NCBI GenBank assembly: GCA_947447235.1
Contig: CANFJA010000001.1
Location: forward strand, 1-42,085
DNA from: Comamonadaceae bacterium
GTDB taxonomy: Bacteria; Pseudomonadota; Gammaproteobacteria; Burkholderiales; Burkholderiaceae_C
Length of the DNA: 42,085 nt
Direction: 5' to 3'
Under the pieces are notes generated by a model. That model was not told the origin of the DNA and did not search any database. It worked only from the letters and a program-made list of their open reading frames with translations. The number at the start of each line of letters is the position of its first letter. The first letter of the stretch is position 1. Of this stretch, positions 9,549 to 23,565 are shown piece by piece. Both the position numbers and the translations under genes were made by a program.

Positions 9549-10085
9549 ATGACACACCGTTGGAAATCTTGGCTGGCCAGTGCAATGCTGACGCTTGGCG
9601 TGGCCTGCACGCCCGCATTGAATTGGCGCGAGGTGCGAGTTGATTCGTCCGATGCCAGTGTCTTGATGCCGTGCAAACCAGACCAAGCCAGCCGTCCCAT
9701 TGCCCTCCAGGCCAACGGACAAGGCGTAGCTGCAAACTTGCAGTTGTTAGGGTGCGAGGCCAGCGATATGCAATTCACCTTTGGTCAAATCAGTTTGCCC
9801 CCGGGTGTGACTGCTTCAGACGCACTACAAGCTTGGCAGCAAGCCAGCTTGGCGCCTCTGAATGCGGCATCCAGCGATACCGTCAATGATGCGCTGGCTT
9901 TGAAGGGTGCGTCAGCTTCACCACCGCCGATACGGCGTCGTCTTAAAACCAACCAACACCAAGTTCAATGGCTGTGGTGGGCCAGAGGCGGCATGGTGTA
10001 CCAAGTCGCGGTGTACGGCAACGCAAAAACCAAGGCGTTTGACGATACCGCAGAGGTTTATTTTTCTGGGATTAAATTGCCATGA
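9549..10085 (+). CDS. Putative lipoprotein of unknown function
   Basis: MTHRWK + hydrophobic stretch + LGVAC lipobox-like, then TPALNWREV, MPCKP; stop overlaps MFS start (ATGA). Confidence 0.75.
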   Translation: MTHRWKSWLASAMLTLGVACTPALNWREVRVDSSDASVLMPCKPDQASRPIALQANGQGVAANLQLLGCEASDMQFTFGQISLPPGVTASDALQAWQQASLAPLNAASSDTVNDALALKGASASPPPIRRRLKTNQHQVQWLWWARGGMVYQVAVYGNAKTKAFDDTAEVYFSGIKLP

Positions 10086-11332
10086 TCAACGATGTATTGC
10101 CGCGACGCGCCGCTGTGTGGGTGTTCGTGGCCTTTGCCTCTGCCTATTTTTTGTCGGCCTTGCTGCGTGCGATCACCGCCACTTTGTCGCCTGGCCTCAC
10201 GGTTGAGTTTGGCTTGCATGCCCAAGACTTGGGGCTTCTCGCGGGAGGCTATTTTTTAGGCTTCGCGGCCACACAGTTGCCCATGGGGCATTGGTTGGAC
10301 CAAAAAGGTCCTAAAAAAGTGGTGCTGTCGTTTTTAGGTGTGGCGGTTGTGGGGTGTTTGGTCTTCGCATGGGCGACCAGTTTTTCTGGCCTCTTGTTCG
10401 CCCGGGTGTTGATTGGCGTGGGTGTCAGCGCCTGTTTGATGGCGCCCATGACGGGTTATCGACGTTGGTTGTATGCCGACAAACAACAGCGTGCCAACTC
10501 TTGGATGTTGATGACGGGCTCCTTGGGCATGTTGTCATCCACGCTGCCCGTGCAATGGTTGCTTCCTTGGATGGGTTGGCGCTGGATGTTTGTGATTTTG
10601 GCGGTCTTGTTGTTGCTCTCCATGTGGCTGATGCGCTGGCAAGTGCCTGTATGGCGGTTGCCTGAGCCTGAGCCATCTGCGAGCACCTCAAGCAGTCCAA
10701 AGACCTCAGGAGGCATCTGGGCCAGCTACGCCCCAGTCTGGCAAAACGCGTCCTTCAAAAGCTTGGCGCCCATGGGATTTTTCAGCTATGGCGGCTTGGT
10801 GGCCATGCAAACCTTGTGGGCTGGGCCTTGGATGGTCAAGGTGTGTGGCTACACGCCCCTCGAAGCGGCCACGGGTCTGTTTTGGGTCAATGTCTCGATG
10901 ATGGTGACGTTTTGGTTGTGGGGCTTGGTGACACCGCATTTGTATGCGCGTGGGCTAGACGCCAATCGGCTCATGGCCTATGGCGTGCCCCTGAACTTCA
11001 TGGTGCAGATCTACATCATCACGTCTGGGGCGGATGCTGGTGCACTGGCGTGGGCATTGTTTTGCATGAGCACCAGTGTCGTTGCGCTGTCTCAACCTGC
11101 GGTTGGCATGGCATTTCCGCCTGCACTGGCAGGGCGCGGCTTGTCTGCCTACAACTTGGTGGTGTTTTTGGGTGTGTTCGTGGTGCAGTGGGGCGTCGGG
11201 CTGATGGTGGATGGGTTTACATCGCAGGGTCTTGCAGAGCCACAAGCATTTCAAGCGGCCATCACCGTCTACCTGGTGTGCTGCGTGTTGGCCTATGCGC
11301 ACTTTTTAAGACACAAGTCAGACGGCGGATAA
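10082..11332 (+). CDS. MFS transporter
   Basis: About 12 hydrophobic segments; motif-A-like GHWLDQKGPK. Confidence 0.92.
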   Translation: MINDVLPRRAAVWVFVAFASAYFLSALLRAITATLSPGLTVEFGLHAQDLGLLAGGYFLGFAATQLPMGHWLDQKGPKKVVLSFLGVAVVGCLVFAWATSFSGLLFARVLIGVGVSACLMAPMTGYRRWLYADKQQRANSWMLMTGSLGMLSSTLPVQWLLPWMGWRWMFVILAVLLLLSMWLMRWQVPVWRLPEPEPSASTSSSPKTSGGIWASYAPVWQNASFKSLAPMGFFSYGGLVAMQTLWAGPWMVKVCGYTPLEAATGLFWVNVSMMVTFWLWGLVTPHLYARGLDANRLMAYGVPLNFMVQIYIITSGADAGALAWALFCMSTSVVALSQPAVGMAFPPALAGRGLSAYNLVVFLGVFVVQWGVGLMVDGFTSQGLAEPQAFQAAITVYLVCCVLAYAHFLRHKSDGG

Positions 11333-11354
11333 TGACGCCTGAGGCTATTCATAC

Positions 11355-11801
11355 ATGAGCAACAGCATTTTTATCATCGCGCACGCACCCCTCGCGCAAG
11401 CCTTGCGTGACTGTGCGCTGCACGTTTACCCCGAGTGCGCTCAAGCTGTCATGGCGTTGGACGTACTCCCCCATGCCACCCCTGAGGACACCTTGGCGCA
11501 AGCACGCGGGGTCTTGGCGCAATCGCCCGATGAGGGATTGCTGGTCTTGACCGATATATTCGGTGCCACACCGGCCAACGTGGCTCAAAAATTGGTCGCT
11601 GGCAGCCATGCCAAACTCATCGCAGGCGTCAATCTGCCCATGTTGTTTCGTACCGTGTGTTACCGCCATGAGCCTTTGGATGCCTTGGTGGCGCGCGCTT
11701 TGACGGGCGGCACCCAAGGCGTGATGCAAGTCACGATCACCGCTCCACAAAATCAAAACCGTCAAAAAAATGATCAAAACCACCACGACCATCATCAATA
11801 A
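11355..11801 (+). CDS. PTS EIIA component, mannose/fructose family
   Basis: IIAHAPLA phospho-His, LTDIFGATPAN, GVNLPML. Confidence 0.92.
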   Translation: MSNSIFIIAHAPLAQALRDCALHVYPECAQAVMALDVLPHATPEDTLAQARGVLAQSPDEGLLVLTDIFGATPANVAQKLVAGSHAKLIAGVNLPMLFRTVCYRHEPLDALVARALTGGTQGVMQVTITAPQNQNRQKNDQNHHDHHQ

Positions 11802-12039
11802 ATTGGGATTGCACGCACGCGCCTCCGCCAAGCTCACCAAATTGGCCAGTGGCTTTCCCTGCGACGTCTGGCTCAGCAAAGGCGAGCGACGGGTCAATGC
11901 CAAAAGCATCATGGGCGTGATGATGCTGGCCGCAGGCATTGGAAGTGAGGTTGAACTTGAGACCGAAGGCGAGCAAGCGCAAGAAGCCATGGATGCTTTG
12001 TTGTCGCTGATCAGCGACAAGTTTGGCGAAGGCGAGTAA
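11770..12039 (+). CDS. ptsH: Phosphocarrier HPr
   Basis: GLHARASA (His15) and NAKSIMG (Ser46). Confidence 0.96.
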   Translation: MIKTTTTIINKLGLHARASAKLTKLASGFPCDVWLSKGERRVNAKSIMGVMMLAAGIGSEVELETEGEQAQEAMDALLSLISDKFGEGE

Positions 12040-12048
12040 GGCGACGCC

Positions 12049-13812
12049 ATGACATTCGCCATCCACGGACTCGCCGTTGCCCGAGGCATCGCCATTGGGC
12101 GTGCTGTGTTGGTGGCCTCAAGCCGTGTTGACGTGGCGCACTACTTCATTGAAGCCTCGCAAATCGACCCCGAGTTAAGGCGCCTGGCCAAGGCCCGTAC
12201 CGCCGTTCAAAACGAACTGCAAACACTGCACGACACCTTGCCCAAAGATGCCCCCCCCGAATTGGCGGCTATTTTGGAGGTGCACTTGATGCTGCTGCAA
12301 GACAGCATGTTGGCGGAAGGTGTGACGCACTGGGTCAAAGATCGGCTCTACAACGCAGAGTGGGCTTTGACCTCCCAGCTCGATGTGGTGGCGCGTCAGT
12401 TCGACGAGATGGACGACCCCTACCTGCGTGAGCGCAAAGGCGACTTAGAGCAAGTTGTTGAGCGTCTGTTGCGACACATCAAAGGCGTCCCCCACCAGAT
12501 GATGCCGCCTGCACCCAGCAAGCGTTCAAGCACGTCACGTCAACAAGATTTGCAACTCGAAGACAGCATGGATGTGCCATTGGTCTTGGTGGCCCATGAT
12601 TTGTCGCCCGCGGACATGTTGCAGTTCAAACAAAGCGTTTTCACCGGCTTTGTCACGGACGTTGGCGGCAAAACATCGCACACGGCCATCGTGGCGCGGA
12701 GTTTGGACATACCGGCAGTGGTCGGCGCACGCACGGCCAGCCAATTGGTGCGACAAGACGACTGGATCATCATTGACGGCGACGCCGGCGTCGTGATCGT
12801 CAATCCTTCGCCCATCATCTTGGCCGAATACGGGTTCAAGCAGCGACAAGCAGAGCTCGAGCGCGAGCGTCTATCACGCTTGCGCCACACCCCGGCAGTG
12901 TCTCTCGATGGTCAAAGGGTTGAACTCTTGGCCAACATTGAAATGCCGGACGATGCTGTCGCGGCTTTGTCGGTGGGTGCCGTGGGCGTGGGCTTGTTTC
13001 GCAGCGAATTTTTGTTCATGGGCCGCGTGGGCCCCCTGCCTGACGAACAAGAACAGTACTTGGCTTATTGCCGTGCGGTCGAGGGCATGAAAGGCTTGCC
13101 AGTGACCATTCGCACCGTAGACATCGGTGCGGACAAGCCTTTGGATCGATCGCCCAAAGACGAGGCCCACCTCAACCCCGCCTTGGGCTTGCGCGCCATC
13201 CGCTGGAGTTTGGCCGACCCGGCCATGTTCTTGACCCAGCTGCGCGCCATTTTGCGAGCCGCGGCACATGGGCAAGTGCATTTGCTCATTCCGATGCTGG
13301 CTCACGCGCGCGAGATCAAACAAACTTTGGCCTTGCTCGATCAAGCGCGCGCGCAGTTGGATGCGCGTGGCGAGTCATTTGGCCCTGTCAAAGTGGGTGC
13401 CATGATCGAAGTGCCTGCGGCTGCCTTGAGCGTGAAAATGTTTTTGCGTTACTTTGACTTTTTGTCCATCGGCACCAACGACTTGATCCAATACACCTTG
13501 GCCATTGACCGTGCAGATGAGTCCGTGGCACATCTGTACGACCCCTTGCATCCGGCGGTATTGCGTTTGGTGGCAGACACCATTTCCGAGTGCCTGGCTC
13601 AGGGTAAGAGCGTGAGTGTCTGTGGAGAGATGGCGGGCGACCCCATGCTCACGCGCTTGTTGTTGGGGCTGGGGCTTCGAAGTTTTTCGATGCACCCGAC
13701 CCAAATCTTGGCCGTTAAGCAAGAAGTACTGCGTGCAGACATTGGCCGCTTAGAGGCTTGGGCGCAGCAGGTCCTGCTCAGCGATGAACCAGCCGAATTG
13801 CTGGGTCTTTGA
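12049..13812 (+). CDS. ptsI: PEP-protein phosphotransferase, PTS enzyme I
   Basis: GGKTSHTAIVAR, GVGLFRSEF, SIGTNDLIQY, VCGEMAG. Confidence 0.96.
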   Translation: MTFAIHGLAVARGIAIGRAVLVASSRVDVAHYFIEASQIDPELRRLAKARTAVQNELQTLHDTLPKDAPPELAAILEVHLMLLQDSMLAEGVTHWVKDRLYNAEWALTSQLDVVARQFDEMDDPYLRERKGDLEQVVERLLRHIKGVPHQMMPPAPSKRSSTSRQQDLQLEDSMDVPLVLVAHDLSPADMLQFKQSVFTGFVTDVGGKTSHTAIVARSLDIPAVVGARTASQLVRQDDWIIIDGDAGVVIVNPSPIILAEYGFKQRQAELERERLSRLRHTPAVSLDGQRVELLANIEMPDDAVAALSVGAVGVGLFRSEFLFMGRVGPLPDEQEQYLAYCRAVEGMKGLPVTIRTVDIGADKPLDRSPKDEAHLNPALGLRAIRWSLADPAMFLTQLRAILRAAAHGQVHLLIPMLAHAREIKQTLALLDQARAQLDARGESFGPVKVGAMIEVPAAALSVKMFLRYFDFLSIGTNDLIQYTLAIDRADESVAHLYDPLHPAVLRLVADTISECLAQGKSVSVCGEMAGDPMLTRLLLGLGLRSFSMHPTQILAVKQEVLRADIGRLEAWAQQVLLSDEPAELLGL

Positions 13813-13865
13813 TGCCGTGCTTGCTCGGTGTGTAGGGCGCAAGTCGGCCATTAATTGTTGATCTA

Positions 13866-14852
13866 TCAAACTCCCGCAGCGTGTGCTTGCTGGTCGGCGT
13901 GGTAGCTCGATCGCACCATGGCGCCCACGGCGGCGTGACTGAATCCCATCTCGTAGGCCTTGGCTTCGAACATCTTGAAGGTGTCAGGGTGCACATAGCG
14001 TCGAACGGGAATGTGGCTGGTGCTGGGGGCCAAATACTGGCCGATGGTGAGCATGTCGATCTGGTGTGCACGCATGTCTTGCATGACTTGCAGAATTTCT
14101 TCATCGGTTTCTCCCAAGCCCACCATCAAGCCACTCTTGGTGGGGACGTGAGGGAACAGGTTTTTGAATTTTTTGAGTAAATTCAAGCTGAACGCGTAGT
14201 CGCTGCCAGGGCGCGCTTCTTTGTACAAGCGTGGCACAGTTTCCATGTTGTGGTTCATCACATCTGGCGGGGCTGCTTTGAGGATCTCTAATGCGCGGTC
14301 ATCGCGGCCTCGGAAGTCAGGCACCAAAATTTCAATTTGCGTTTGGGGCGACAACGCGCGGGTGCGACGAATGCAGTCGACAAAGTGCTGGCTGCCACCA
14401 TCGCGCAGGTCGTCACGGTCGACGCTGGTGATCACCACGTATTGCAGCTTGAGTGCCGCAATGGTTTTGGCCAAGTTCTCCGGTTCGTTGACGTCCAGCG
14501 GGTCAGGACGGCCATGGCCGACATCACAAAACGGACAGCGACGTGTGCATTTGTCGCCCATGATCATGAAGGTGGCCGTGCCTTTGCCAAAGCATTCGCC
14601 GATGTTGGGGCAAGAGGCCTCTTCGCACACCGTCACCAGTTTGTTACTGCGCAAGATGTCTTTGATTTCGTAAAAGCGGGTCGAGGGTGAGCCGGCTTTG
14701 ACGCGAATCCAGTCGGGCTTTTTGAGGGCCTCACCGGCTTCCACTTTGATGGGAATGCGCGAGAGTTTGGCCGCGGCTTTTTGTTTGTCGAGAGCGTTGT
14801 AAGTGTCGACGCTTTGAACGTCGCGCACCACACGTGGGTCGGGGGTGGACAT
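13866..14852 (-). CDS. lipA: Lipoyl synthase
   Basis: [12 protein letters not shown], radical [17 protein letters not shown]. Confidence 0.98.
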   Translation of the reverse strand: MSTPDPRVVRDVQSVDTYNALDKQKAAAKLSRIPIKVEAGEALKKPDWIRVKAGSPSTRFYEIKDILRSNKLVTVCEEASCPNIGECFGKGTATFMIMGDKCTRRCPFCDVGHGRPDPLDVNEPENLAKTIAALKLQYVVITSVDRDDLRDGGSQHFVDCIRRTRALSPQTQIEILVPDFRGRDDRALEILKAAPPDVMNHNMETVPRLYKEARPGSDYAFSLNLLKKFKNLFPHVPTKSGLMVGLGETDEEILQVMQDMRAHQIDMLTIGQYLAPSTSHIPVRRYVHPDTFKMFEAKAYEMGFSHAAVGAMVRSSYHADQQAHAAGV

Positions 14853-14879
14853 GGCGGTAAACCTGTTTGGGGGCCCAAC

Positions 14880-15584
14880 TCAAGGGGCCAGGTAGGTGAC
14901 GAGTTTGTGACTCAAAACATCAGCGGCTTCCTGCCAGCTGACCGATATGCCGATTGTAGAAAGATCGACGGTTTGTAGGCCTGGGTAACCACAGGGGTTG
15001 ATGCGTTCAAAGGGAGACAGGTCCATTGCCACATTCAGGGCCACGCCGTGGTAGGTGCAGTGTCGGCTGACTTTGATGCCCAGGGCGGCAATTTTCCCCA
15101 AGCCTGAAAAATCGGGATTGGCGCTGGCGTTGTGTTGCGGGCGCTGCGGCAACAGGGCATGGCTTCTTGGGTCTTGCAGGCGCACGTAAATACCCGGAGC
15201 CCCTGCCACGCGATGGCCAGTGATGCCAAAGTGCAGCAAGCAGCGAATGACAGCCTCTTCCAAGCGGTGCACGTATTCTTTGACAAAGTAGCCTGCGCGT
15301 TGCAGATCCATCAAGGGGTAGGCCACCACTTGCCCCGGTCCATGAAAGGTGACTTGGCCTCCGCGGTTGGTGGCAACAACCGGGATGTCGCCGGGTGACA
15401 ACAGGTGACTGGCTTGTCCTGCAAGCCCTTGGGTGAATGTGCTGGGGTGCTCGCAAACCCAAAGCTGGTCAGGGGTATGCGGCGTGCGTGCCGCAGTGAA
15501 GTCTTGCATGGCCTGGTAGATGGGCGCATAAGGCAGCAGGCCCTTGATGTCAACTTGCATACCAGCAACCAAGTCGTGGTTCAA
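14880..15584 (-). CDS. lipB: Octanoyltransferase (start uncertain: TTG 15584 or ATG 15560)
   Basis: [34 protein letters not shown]. Confidence 0.96.
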   Translation of the reverse strand: MNHDLVAGMQVDIKGLLPYAPIYQAMQDFTAARTPHTPDQLWVCEHPSTFTQGLAGQASHLLSPGDIPVVATNRGGQVTFHGPGQVVAYPLMDLQRAGYFVKEYVHRLEEAVIRCLLHFGITGHRVAGAPGIYVRLQDPRSHALLPQRPQHNASANPDFSGLGKIAALGIKVSRHCTYHGVALNVAMDLSPFERINPCGYPGLQTVDLSTIGISVSWQEAADVLSHKLVTYLAP

Positions 15585-15874
15585 AGGACGATTTTGACCA
15601 TGGGATGGGTCGACAGCGTGCGGTAGATTTCGTCAAGTTGCTCGCGGCTGGTGGCGGTGATGGTGAGGGTGATGCCCAGATAGTTGCCTTGCTTGCTGTC
15701 GCGCAATTCCACCGTGCTGGCGTCAAAGCTGGGATCAAAATATTCAGCGATTTGGGTCATTGCATGAACAAATCCCTCTGCCTTAGCCCCCATCACTTTG
15801 ATGGGAAATCGGCTGGGGTACTCAATGAGGGAGTCCTGGCGCTTGTTGTCAGAGGACGTGGGAAGTGTTGGCAT
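15581..15874 (-). CDS. ybeD: YbeD / DUF493 family protein
   Basis: [27 protein letters not shown]; upstream of lipB. Confidence 0.92.
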   Translation of the reverse strand: MPTLPTSSDNKRQDSLIEYPSRFPIKVMGAKAEGFVHAMTQIAEYFDPSFDASTVELRDSKQGNYLGITLTITATSREQLDEIYRTLSTHPMVKIVL

Positions 15875-15928
15875 AGGGTAATTATCCCCTTTTGGGCCGA
15901 GCGGCATCCAAACATATGGGTTATCACG

Positions 15929-15942
15929 TACAATAGCGGGCT
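15929..15942 (+). promoter_or_regulatory. Candidate -10 element of atp operon
   Basis: TACAAT followed by GC-rich AGCGGGCT, 47 nt before atpI; no clear -35. Confidence 0.55.
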
Positions 15943-15981
15943 TTGCAGGGTCGCATGGATGTAACCTGGGCGTAAACAAAC

Positions 15982-16474
15982 ATGACCAGAATACTTCCAA
16001 AAGACCAAGAAGATGTCAGCGACGAGGTTTTTGAGGCGTTGAGCGCAGAGCAAGTGGCTCAATTGCGAGAACGTCAACCGCTACTCTCTGTTTGGCGAGT
16101 GGTCGGTGCCCAAGCGTTGGTTGGACTGCTGGTGGCAGCCTTAACTTGGTGGGTATCTGGTCGTGAAACGGTGGCTTATTCGGCCGCCTACGGTGCATTT
16201 GCCGTTGTTCTTCCTGCTGCATTGTTTGCGAGAGGTCTGTCGAGTCAGGCATCTTCGGTCAATGCTGGTGCTGCAGTGTTTGGTTTTTTCCTTTGGGAGA
16301 TGGTCAAAATTGGCCTGACGGTCGCGATGTTGATTGCGGCCCCCCGCTGGATAAATGGTTTGAGTTGGCCTGCCATGTTGGTGGGCCTGATCGTGACGAT
16401 GAAGGTGTATTGGGTGGCTCTGGGCGTGCGCCAAGTGTTCTATCCAAAAAACCAACTTAACAAAGAGCGAACGA

Positions 16475-16485
<11 letters not shown>
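15982..16485 (+). CDS. atpI: ATP synthase protein I
   Basis: Small hydrophobic protein with WEMVKI, directly upstream of atpB. Confidence 0.88.
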
Positions 16486-17630
<1,145 letters not shown>

Positions 17631-17660
17631 TCCTGCAACAACCATAAGAAAGGTGTTGCC

Positions 17661-18131
17661 GTGAGCATCAATGCAACCCTGTTCGTCCAGATGATCGTTT
17701 TTGCGATCCTGGTGTGGTTCACGATGAAATTCGTGTGGCCACCCATCGCAAACGCCCTCGACGAGCGTTCAGAAAAAATCGCCCATGGATTGGCTGCGGC
17801 CGAGCATGCCAAGATTGAACTCTCCAATGCCCACAAAGAAGTGGAGCTCAAGCTGGCTGAAACCCGCAATGAGTCCACCACCTTGTTGGCCGACGCTGAG
17901 CGTCGCGCACAACACTTGATCGATGAAGCCAAGGCGCACGCCACGGACGAAGCGAAAAAGATTGTGGCTGCCGCCCATGTGGAAGCCGAGCAACAAGTCG
18001 TCAAAGCCCGTGAGGTCCTGCGTGAGCAAGTGGCTGTGCTGGCTGTCAAAGGCGCCGAGCAGATTCTCCGCAAGGAAGTCAATGCCAGCGTCCATGCCGA
18101 CTTGTTGAATCGTCTCAAGACTGAGCTGTAA
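17661..18131 (+). CDS. atpF: F0 subunit b
   Basis: GTG start; SINATL..KFVWPP..GAEQIL. Confidence 0.98.
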   Translation: MSINATLFVQMIVFAILVWFTMKFVWPPIANALDERSEKIAHGLAAAEHAKIELSNAHKEVELKLAETRNESTTLLADAERRAQHLIDEAKAHATDEAKKIVAAAHVEAEQQVVKAREVLREQVAVLAVKGAEQILRKEVNASVHADLLNRLKTEL

Positions 18132-18140
18132 GAGGAAGAC

Positions 18141-18671
18141 ATGGCCGAACTCGCCACCATTGCCCGCCCTTACGCCGAAGCTTTGTACAAAGCTTCCTTG
18201 TCTGACCTGAGCACCACGGCGGTTTGGCTCGATGAGCTGGCAGCTGTTGGTGCTAACGCCCAGATGTTGCAGTTTGCTGACAACCCCAGGGTCACATCTG
18301 AACAAGTGTTTGAGGTGATTTCTGGAATTGCCAAGGCCCAACTCAATGCGTCTGCTCAAAACTTTTTGCGTGCGGTGATCGACAACGGTCGTCTGAGCGC
18401 TTTGCCAGAAGTGGCTGCGCAGTTTCGCGAGCATTTGAACAAGCAAAACGGTTCGTCGGACGCTGTGGTCTACAGCGCATATGACATTGAGGCCGATTCC
18501 TTGTCGCAAGTGACTGCAGCGTTGCAAAAGCGCTTTGGCCGCACCTTGAACGTGTCGGTCAAATTAGAGCCGGAGCTGATTGGTGGCATTCGTGTGGTGG
18601 TGGGCGATGAGGTGTTGGACACTTCAGTCAAAGCCCGTTTGGATCAAATGAAAGTGGCCTTGACCACCTGA
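18141..18671 (+). CDS. atpH: F1 subunit delta
   Basis: [20 protein letters not shown]. Confidence 0.98.
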   Translation: MAELATIARPYAEALYKASLSDLSTTAVWLDELAAVGANAQMLQFADNPRVTSEQVFEVISGIAKAQLNASAQNFLRAVIDNGRLSALPEVAAQFREHLNKQNGSSDAVVYSAYDIEADSLSQVTAALQKRFGRTLNVSVKLEPELIGGIRVVVGDEVLDTSVKARLDQMKVALTT

Positions 18672-18721
18672 AGCCGCCGGCTTCAGCGCAGTCAACCCTA
18701 ACAAGAAAGAAGGAAAGAGTC

Positions 18722-20260
18722 ATGCAACTCAATCCCGCAGAAATCTCTGAACTTATCAAGACCCGTATTGAGGGCCTGACATCGGGCGCCGATGTTCGCA
18801 ACCAAGGTACCGTTTTGTCGGTGACCGACGGTATCGTCCGTGTGCACGGCTTGTCGGATGTGATGCAAGGTGAAATGTTGGAGTTCCCCAACAACACCTT
18901 CGGTCTGGCTTTGAACCTTGAGCGCGACTCCGTTGGCGCCGTGATTTTGGGTGAGTATGAGCACATCTCTGAAGGCGACACCGTCAAATGCACGGGCCGC
19001 ATCTTGGAAGTGCCCGTCGGCCCCGAATTGATCGGCCGCGTGGTCAACGCCTTGGGGCAACCCATTGACGGCAAAGGTCCCATCAACGCCAAGATGACCG
19101 ACGTGATCGAAAAAGTGGCGCCTGGTGTGATTGCACGTGAATCCGTCAGCCAGCCCATGCAAACCGGTCTGAAGTCGATTGACTCCATGGTGCCCGTCGG
19201 GCGTGGTCAGCGTGAGCTGATCATTGGTGACCGTCAGACCGGTAAAACCGCTGTCGCCATTGACGCCATCATCAACCAAAAAGGTCAGAACATGACCTGC
19301 GTGTACGTTGCGATTGGCCAAAAAGCTTCGTCGATCAAAAACGTGGTGCGTGCTCTGGAGCAAGCAGGCGCAATGGAATACACCATTGTGGTGGCCGCTT
19401 CGGCCTCTGAGTCTGCCGCCATGCAATATGTGTCGGCCTACTCGGGTTGCACGATGGGCGAATACTTCCGCGACCGTGGCGAAGACGCCTTGATCGTCTA
19501 TGACGATCTGTCCAAGCAAGCCGTGGCCTATCGTCAAGTGTCCTTGCTGTTGCGTCGTCCACCAGGCCGCGAAGCTTATCCTGGCGACGTGTTTTATTTG
19601 CACAGCCGTCTGCTCGAGCGGGCAGCCCGCGTGAATGCCGACTATGTGGAGCATTTCACCAAAGGCGCTGTCAAAGGCAAAACCGGTTCTTTGACCGCCT
19701 TGCCCATCATCGAAACCCAAGCAGGTGACGTGTCGGCTTTCGTGCCCACCAACGTGATCTCCATCACAGATGGTCAGATCTTCTTGGAAACCTCGTTGTT
19801 CAACGCAGGTATTCGCCCCGCGATCAACGCCGGTATTTCGGTGTCTCGCGTCGGCGGCGCAGCCCAAACCAAGCTGATCAAGAACTTGTCTGGCGGTATC
19901 CGTACCGACTTGGCGCAATACCGTGAATTGGCGGCTTTTGCCCAGTTTGCTTCCGACTTGGACGAAGCCACCCGCAAGCAACTCGACCGTGGTGCACGAG
20001 TGACTGAATTGCTCAAGCAAGCGCAGTACAGCCCACAGCCGATCAGCTTGATGGGCGCCACACTGTTTGCTGTGAACAAAGGTTTCTTGGACGACATCGA
20101 AGTCAAACAAGTGTTGCACTTTGAAAATGAATTGCATGCTTACCTCAAAGCCAAGCACGCTGCCTTGTTGGCCAAACTTGAAGCCGACAAAGCCATGGAC
20201 AAAGACGCTGAAGCCGAATTGACTGCAGCCTTGGCCGCATTCAAGAAAACTTTCGCGTGA
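18722..20260 (+). CDS. atpA: F1 subunit alpha
   Basis: [20 protein letters not shown]. Confidence 0.99.
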   Translation: MQLNPAEISELIKTRIEGLTSGADVRNQGTVLSVTDGIVRVHGLSDVMQGEMLEFPNNTFGLALNLERDSVGAVILGEYEHISEGDTVKCTGRILEVPVGPELIGRVVNALGQPIDGKGPINAKMTDVIEKVAPGVIARESVSQPMQTGLKSIDSMVPVGRGQRELIIGDRQTGKTAVAIDAIINQKGQNMTCVYVAIGQKASSIKNVVRALEQAGAMEYTIVVAASASESAAMQYVSAYSGCTMGEYFRDRGEDALIVYDDLSKQAVAYRQVSLLLRRPPGREAYPGDVFYLHSRLLERAARVNADYVEHFTKGAVKGKTGSLTALPIIETQAGDVSAFVPTNVISITDGQIFLETSLFNAGIRPAINAGISVSRVGGAAQTKLIKNLSGGIRTDLAQYRELAAFAQFASDLDEATRKQLDRGARVTELLKQAQYSPQPISLMGATLFAVNKGFLDDIEVKQVLHFENELHAYLKAKHAALLAKLEADKAMDKDAEAELTAALAAFKKTFA

Positions 20261-20288
20261 ACCTCGCTGACCACACAAGGAGCCTCTG

Positions 20289-21155
20289 ATGGCAGTCGGT
20301 AAGGAAATTCGCGGCAAGATCAAATCGGTGGAAAACACCAAGAAGATCACCAAGGCCATGGAAATGGTGGCCGCGTCCAAGATGCGAAAAGCGCAAGATC
20401 GGATGCGTGCTGCGCGTCCGTATAGCGAAAAAATTCGTCATGTGGCCGCAAACCTTGGCAAGGCCAATCCTGAGTACGTTCATCCTTTCATGGAACTCAA
20501 CCAAGCGAAGGCCGCAGGCCTGATCGTGGTGACCACTGACAAGGGTTTGTGCGGCGGCCTCAACACCAACGTGTTGCGTGCTGTCACCCACAAGTTGCGC
20601 GACTTGCAGGCACAAGGCCATTCGGCCCAAGCTGTCGCAATTGGCAACAAAGGGTTGGGGTTTTTAAATCGTTCCGGTGTCAAAGTTGTGTCGCAAGCGA
20701 CGCAGCTCGGTGACACACCGCACTTGGACAAGCTGATTGGCCCCGTCAAAGTTTTGCTAGACGCTTACGTCAATGGCGAAATCAACTCCGTCTACCTGTG
20801 CTTCACACGCTTTATCAACACGATGAAGCAAGAGTCGGTGATCGAGCAGTTGCTGCCTTTGTCAGAAGACAGGCTCAAAGTGCACGAAGGGCACCACAGC
20901 TGGGATTACATCTACGAGCCCGATGCACACGTCGTCATCGATGAGCTGCTGATTCGTTACATAGAGGCCTTGGTCTATCAAGCCGTGGCTGAAAGTATGG
21001 CGTCCGAGCAGTCGGCGCGCATGGTGGCGATGAAGTCCGCAACCGACAACGCTGGGAACGTGATCAACGAACTCAAACTGGTTTACAACAAGACGCGTCA
21101 AGCAGCGATCACGAAGGAACTCTCCGAGATCGTCGCTGGTGCGGCTGCTGTCTGA
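20289..21155 (+). CDS. atpG: F1 subunit gamma
   Basis: [25 protein letters not shown]. Confidence 0.99.
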   Translation: MAVGKEIRGKIKSVENTKKITKAMEMVAASKMRKAQDRMRAARPYSEKIRHVAANLGKANPEYVHPFMELNQAKAAGLIVVTTDKGLCGGLNTNVLRAVTHKLRDLQAQGHSAQAVAIGNKGLGFLNRSGVKVVSQATQLGDTPHLDKLIGPVKVLLDAYVNGEINSVYLCFTRFINTMKQESVIEQLLPLSEDRLKVHEGHHSWDYIYEPDAHVVIDELLIRYIEALVYQAVAESMASEQSARMVAMKSATDNAGNVINELKLVYNKTRQAAITKELSEIVAGAAAV

Positions 21156-22607
<1,452 letters not shown>

Positions 22608-22615
22608 GAGATCCT

Positions 22616-23032
22616 ATGAGTACCATCCACGTAGATGTCGTCAGTGCAGAAGAGTCCATCTTCTCCGGCGAAGCCACCTTTGTGGCTTTGCCGGGCGAAG
22701 CGGGCGAGCTCGGTATCTATCCGCGCCACACGCCACTGATCACACGCATCCGACCCGGTTCGGTGCGCATTCACACGGCCGATGGTGGCGAAGAGTTTGT
22801 GTTTGTGGCGGGAGGCATCTTGGAGGTGCAACCCGATTGCGTCACCGTCATGTCTGACACCGCCGTTCGTGGCAAAGACTTGGACGAGGAAAAAGCCAAC
22901 ACCGCCAAACAAGCCGCTGAAGAAGCAGTGAAGAATGCCAAAAGCGATGTGGACATGGCACGTGCGCGTTCTGAGTTGAATATTTTGGTGGCTGAGTTGG
23001 CAGCACTTCGCCGCTTCCGCGGCAAACGTTAA
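22616..23032 (+). CDS. atpC: F1 subunit epsilon
   Basis: [21 protein letters not shown]. Confidence 0.98.
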   Translation: MSTIHVDVVSAEESIFSGEATFVALPGEAGELGIYPRHTPLITRIRPGSVRIHTADGGEEFVFVAGGILEVQPDCVTVMSDTAVRGKDLDEEKANTAKQAAEEAVKNAKSDVDMARARSELNILVAELAALRRFRGKR

Positions 23033-23055
23033 GCCCGTCTGACGCTTGCCAGACT

Positions 23056-23086
23056 AAGCCCCTCTCTTCGGATAGGGGCTTTTTTT
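23056..23086 (+). terminator. Intrinsic terminator of atp operon
   Basis: AAGCCCCT-CTC-TTCG-GAT-AGGGGCTT followed by T-run. Confidence 0.88.
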
Positions 23087-23115
23087 CTGTGTGATCTGAA
23101 AGGACAATCTGTCCC

Positions 23116-23565
23116 ATGCCAAAAGCTAAATTACGTGCAGCCACAGTGGGTGGCACAGCCGACGACATTGAGGCGACGTTTTACGAAGCCATGCAGACGG
23201 GCGACCTCGAAAAGCTGATGGGCTGTTGGGCAGACGAAGACGACATCGTCTGCGTGCACCCTGGCGGCCCCCGCTTGGTGGGCAACGCGGCCATTCGCGC
23301 GGCCTTTGAGGCCTTGTTTGCAAACGGCACGGTCAATGCCCAACCTGAGCAGGTGTGCAAAGTGGAGTCCTTGACCAGCGCCATGCACAACGTGGTCGAG
23401 CGCATCGCGGTGCTGACCAACGAGGGTGCGCAGCACGCCTTGGTGCTGGCCACCAATGTGTACCAGCGCACCCCCCAAGGCTGGCGCATGGTGGCGCACC
23501 ATGCCAGCCCTGGTGCAGTCGCCGGCGTGTCAGAAGCATTGGGTGAGCCCCAGGTGTGGCATTGA
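23116..23565 (+). CDS. NTF2/SnoaL-like protein
   Basis: FYEA..CVHPGG..ATNVY..WRMVAHHAS. Confidence 0.88.
   Translation: MPKAKLRAATVGGTADDIEATFYEAMQTGDLEKLMGCWADEDDIVCVHPGGPRLVGNAAIRAAFEALFANGTVNAQPEQVCKVESLTSAMHNVVERIAVLTNEGAQHALVLATNVYQRTPQGWRMVAHHASPGAVAGVSEALGEPQVWH

Noticed and set aside
12500-12572. Low-complexity insert in enzyme I, and a similar insert in LipB
   Set aside because: In-frame linker insertions of a kind I recall from related Comamonadaceae; no intein or mobile-element hallmarks
18698-20380. 560-aa antisense ORF over atpA, and similar long ORFs opposite rpsS-rpsC, atpB and atpD
   Set aside because: Antisense shadows expected from the codon bias of highly expressed genes; no recognisable motifs
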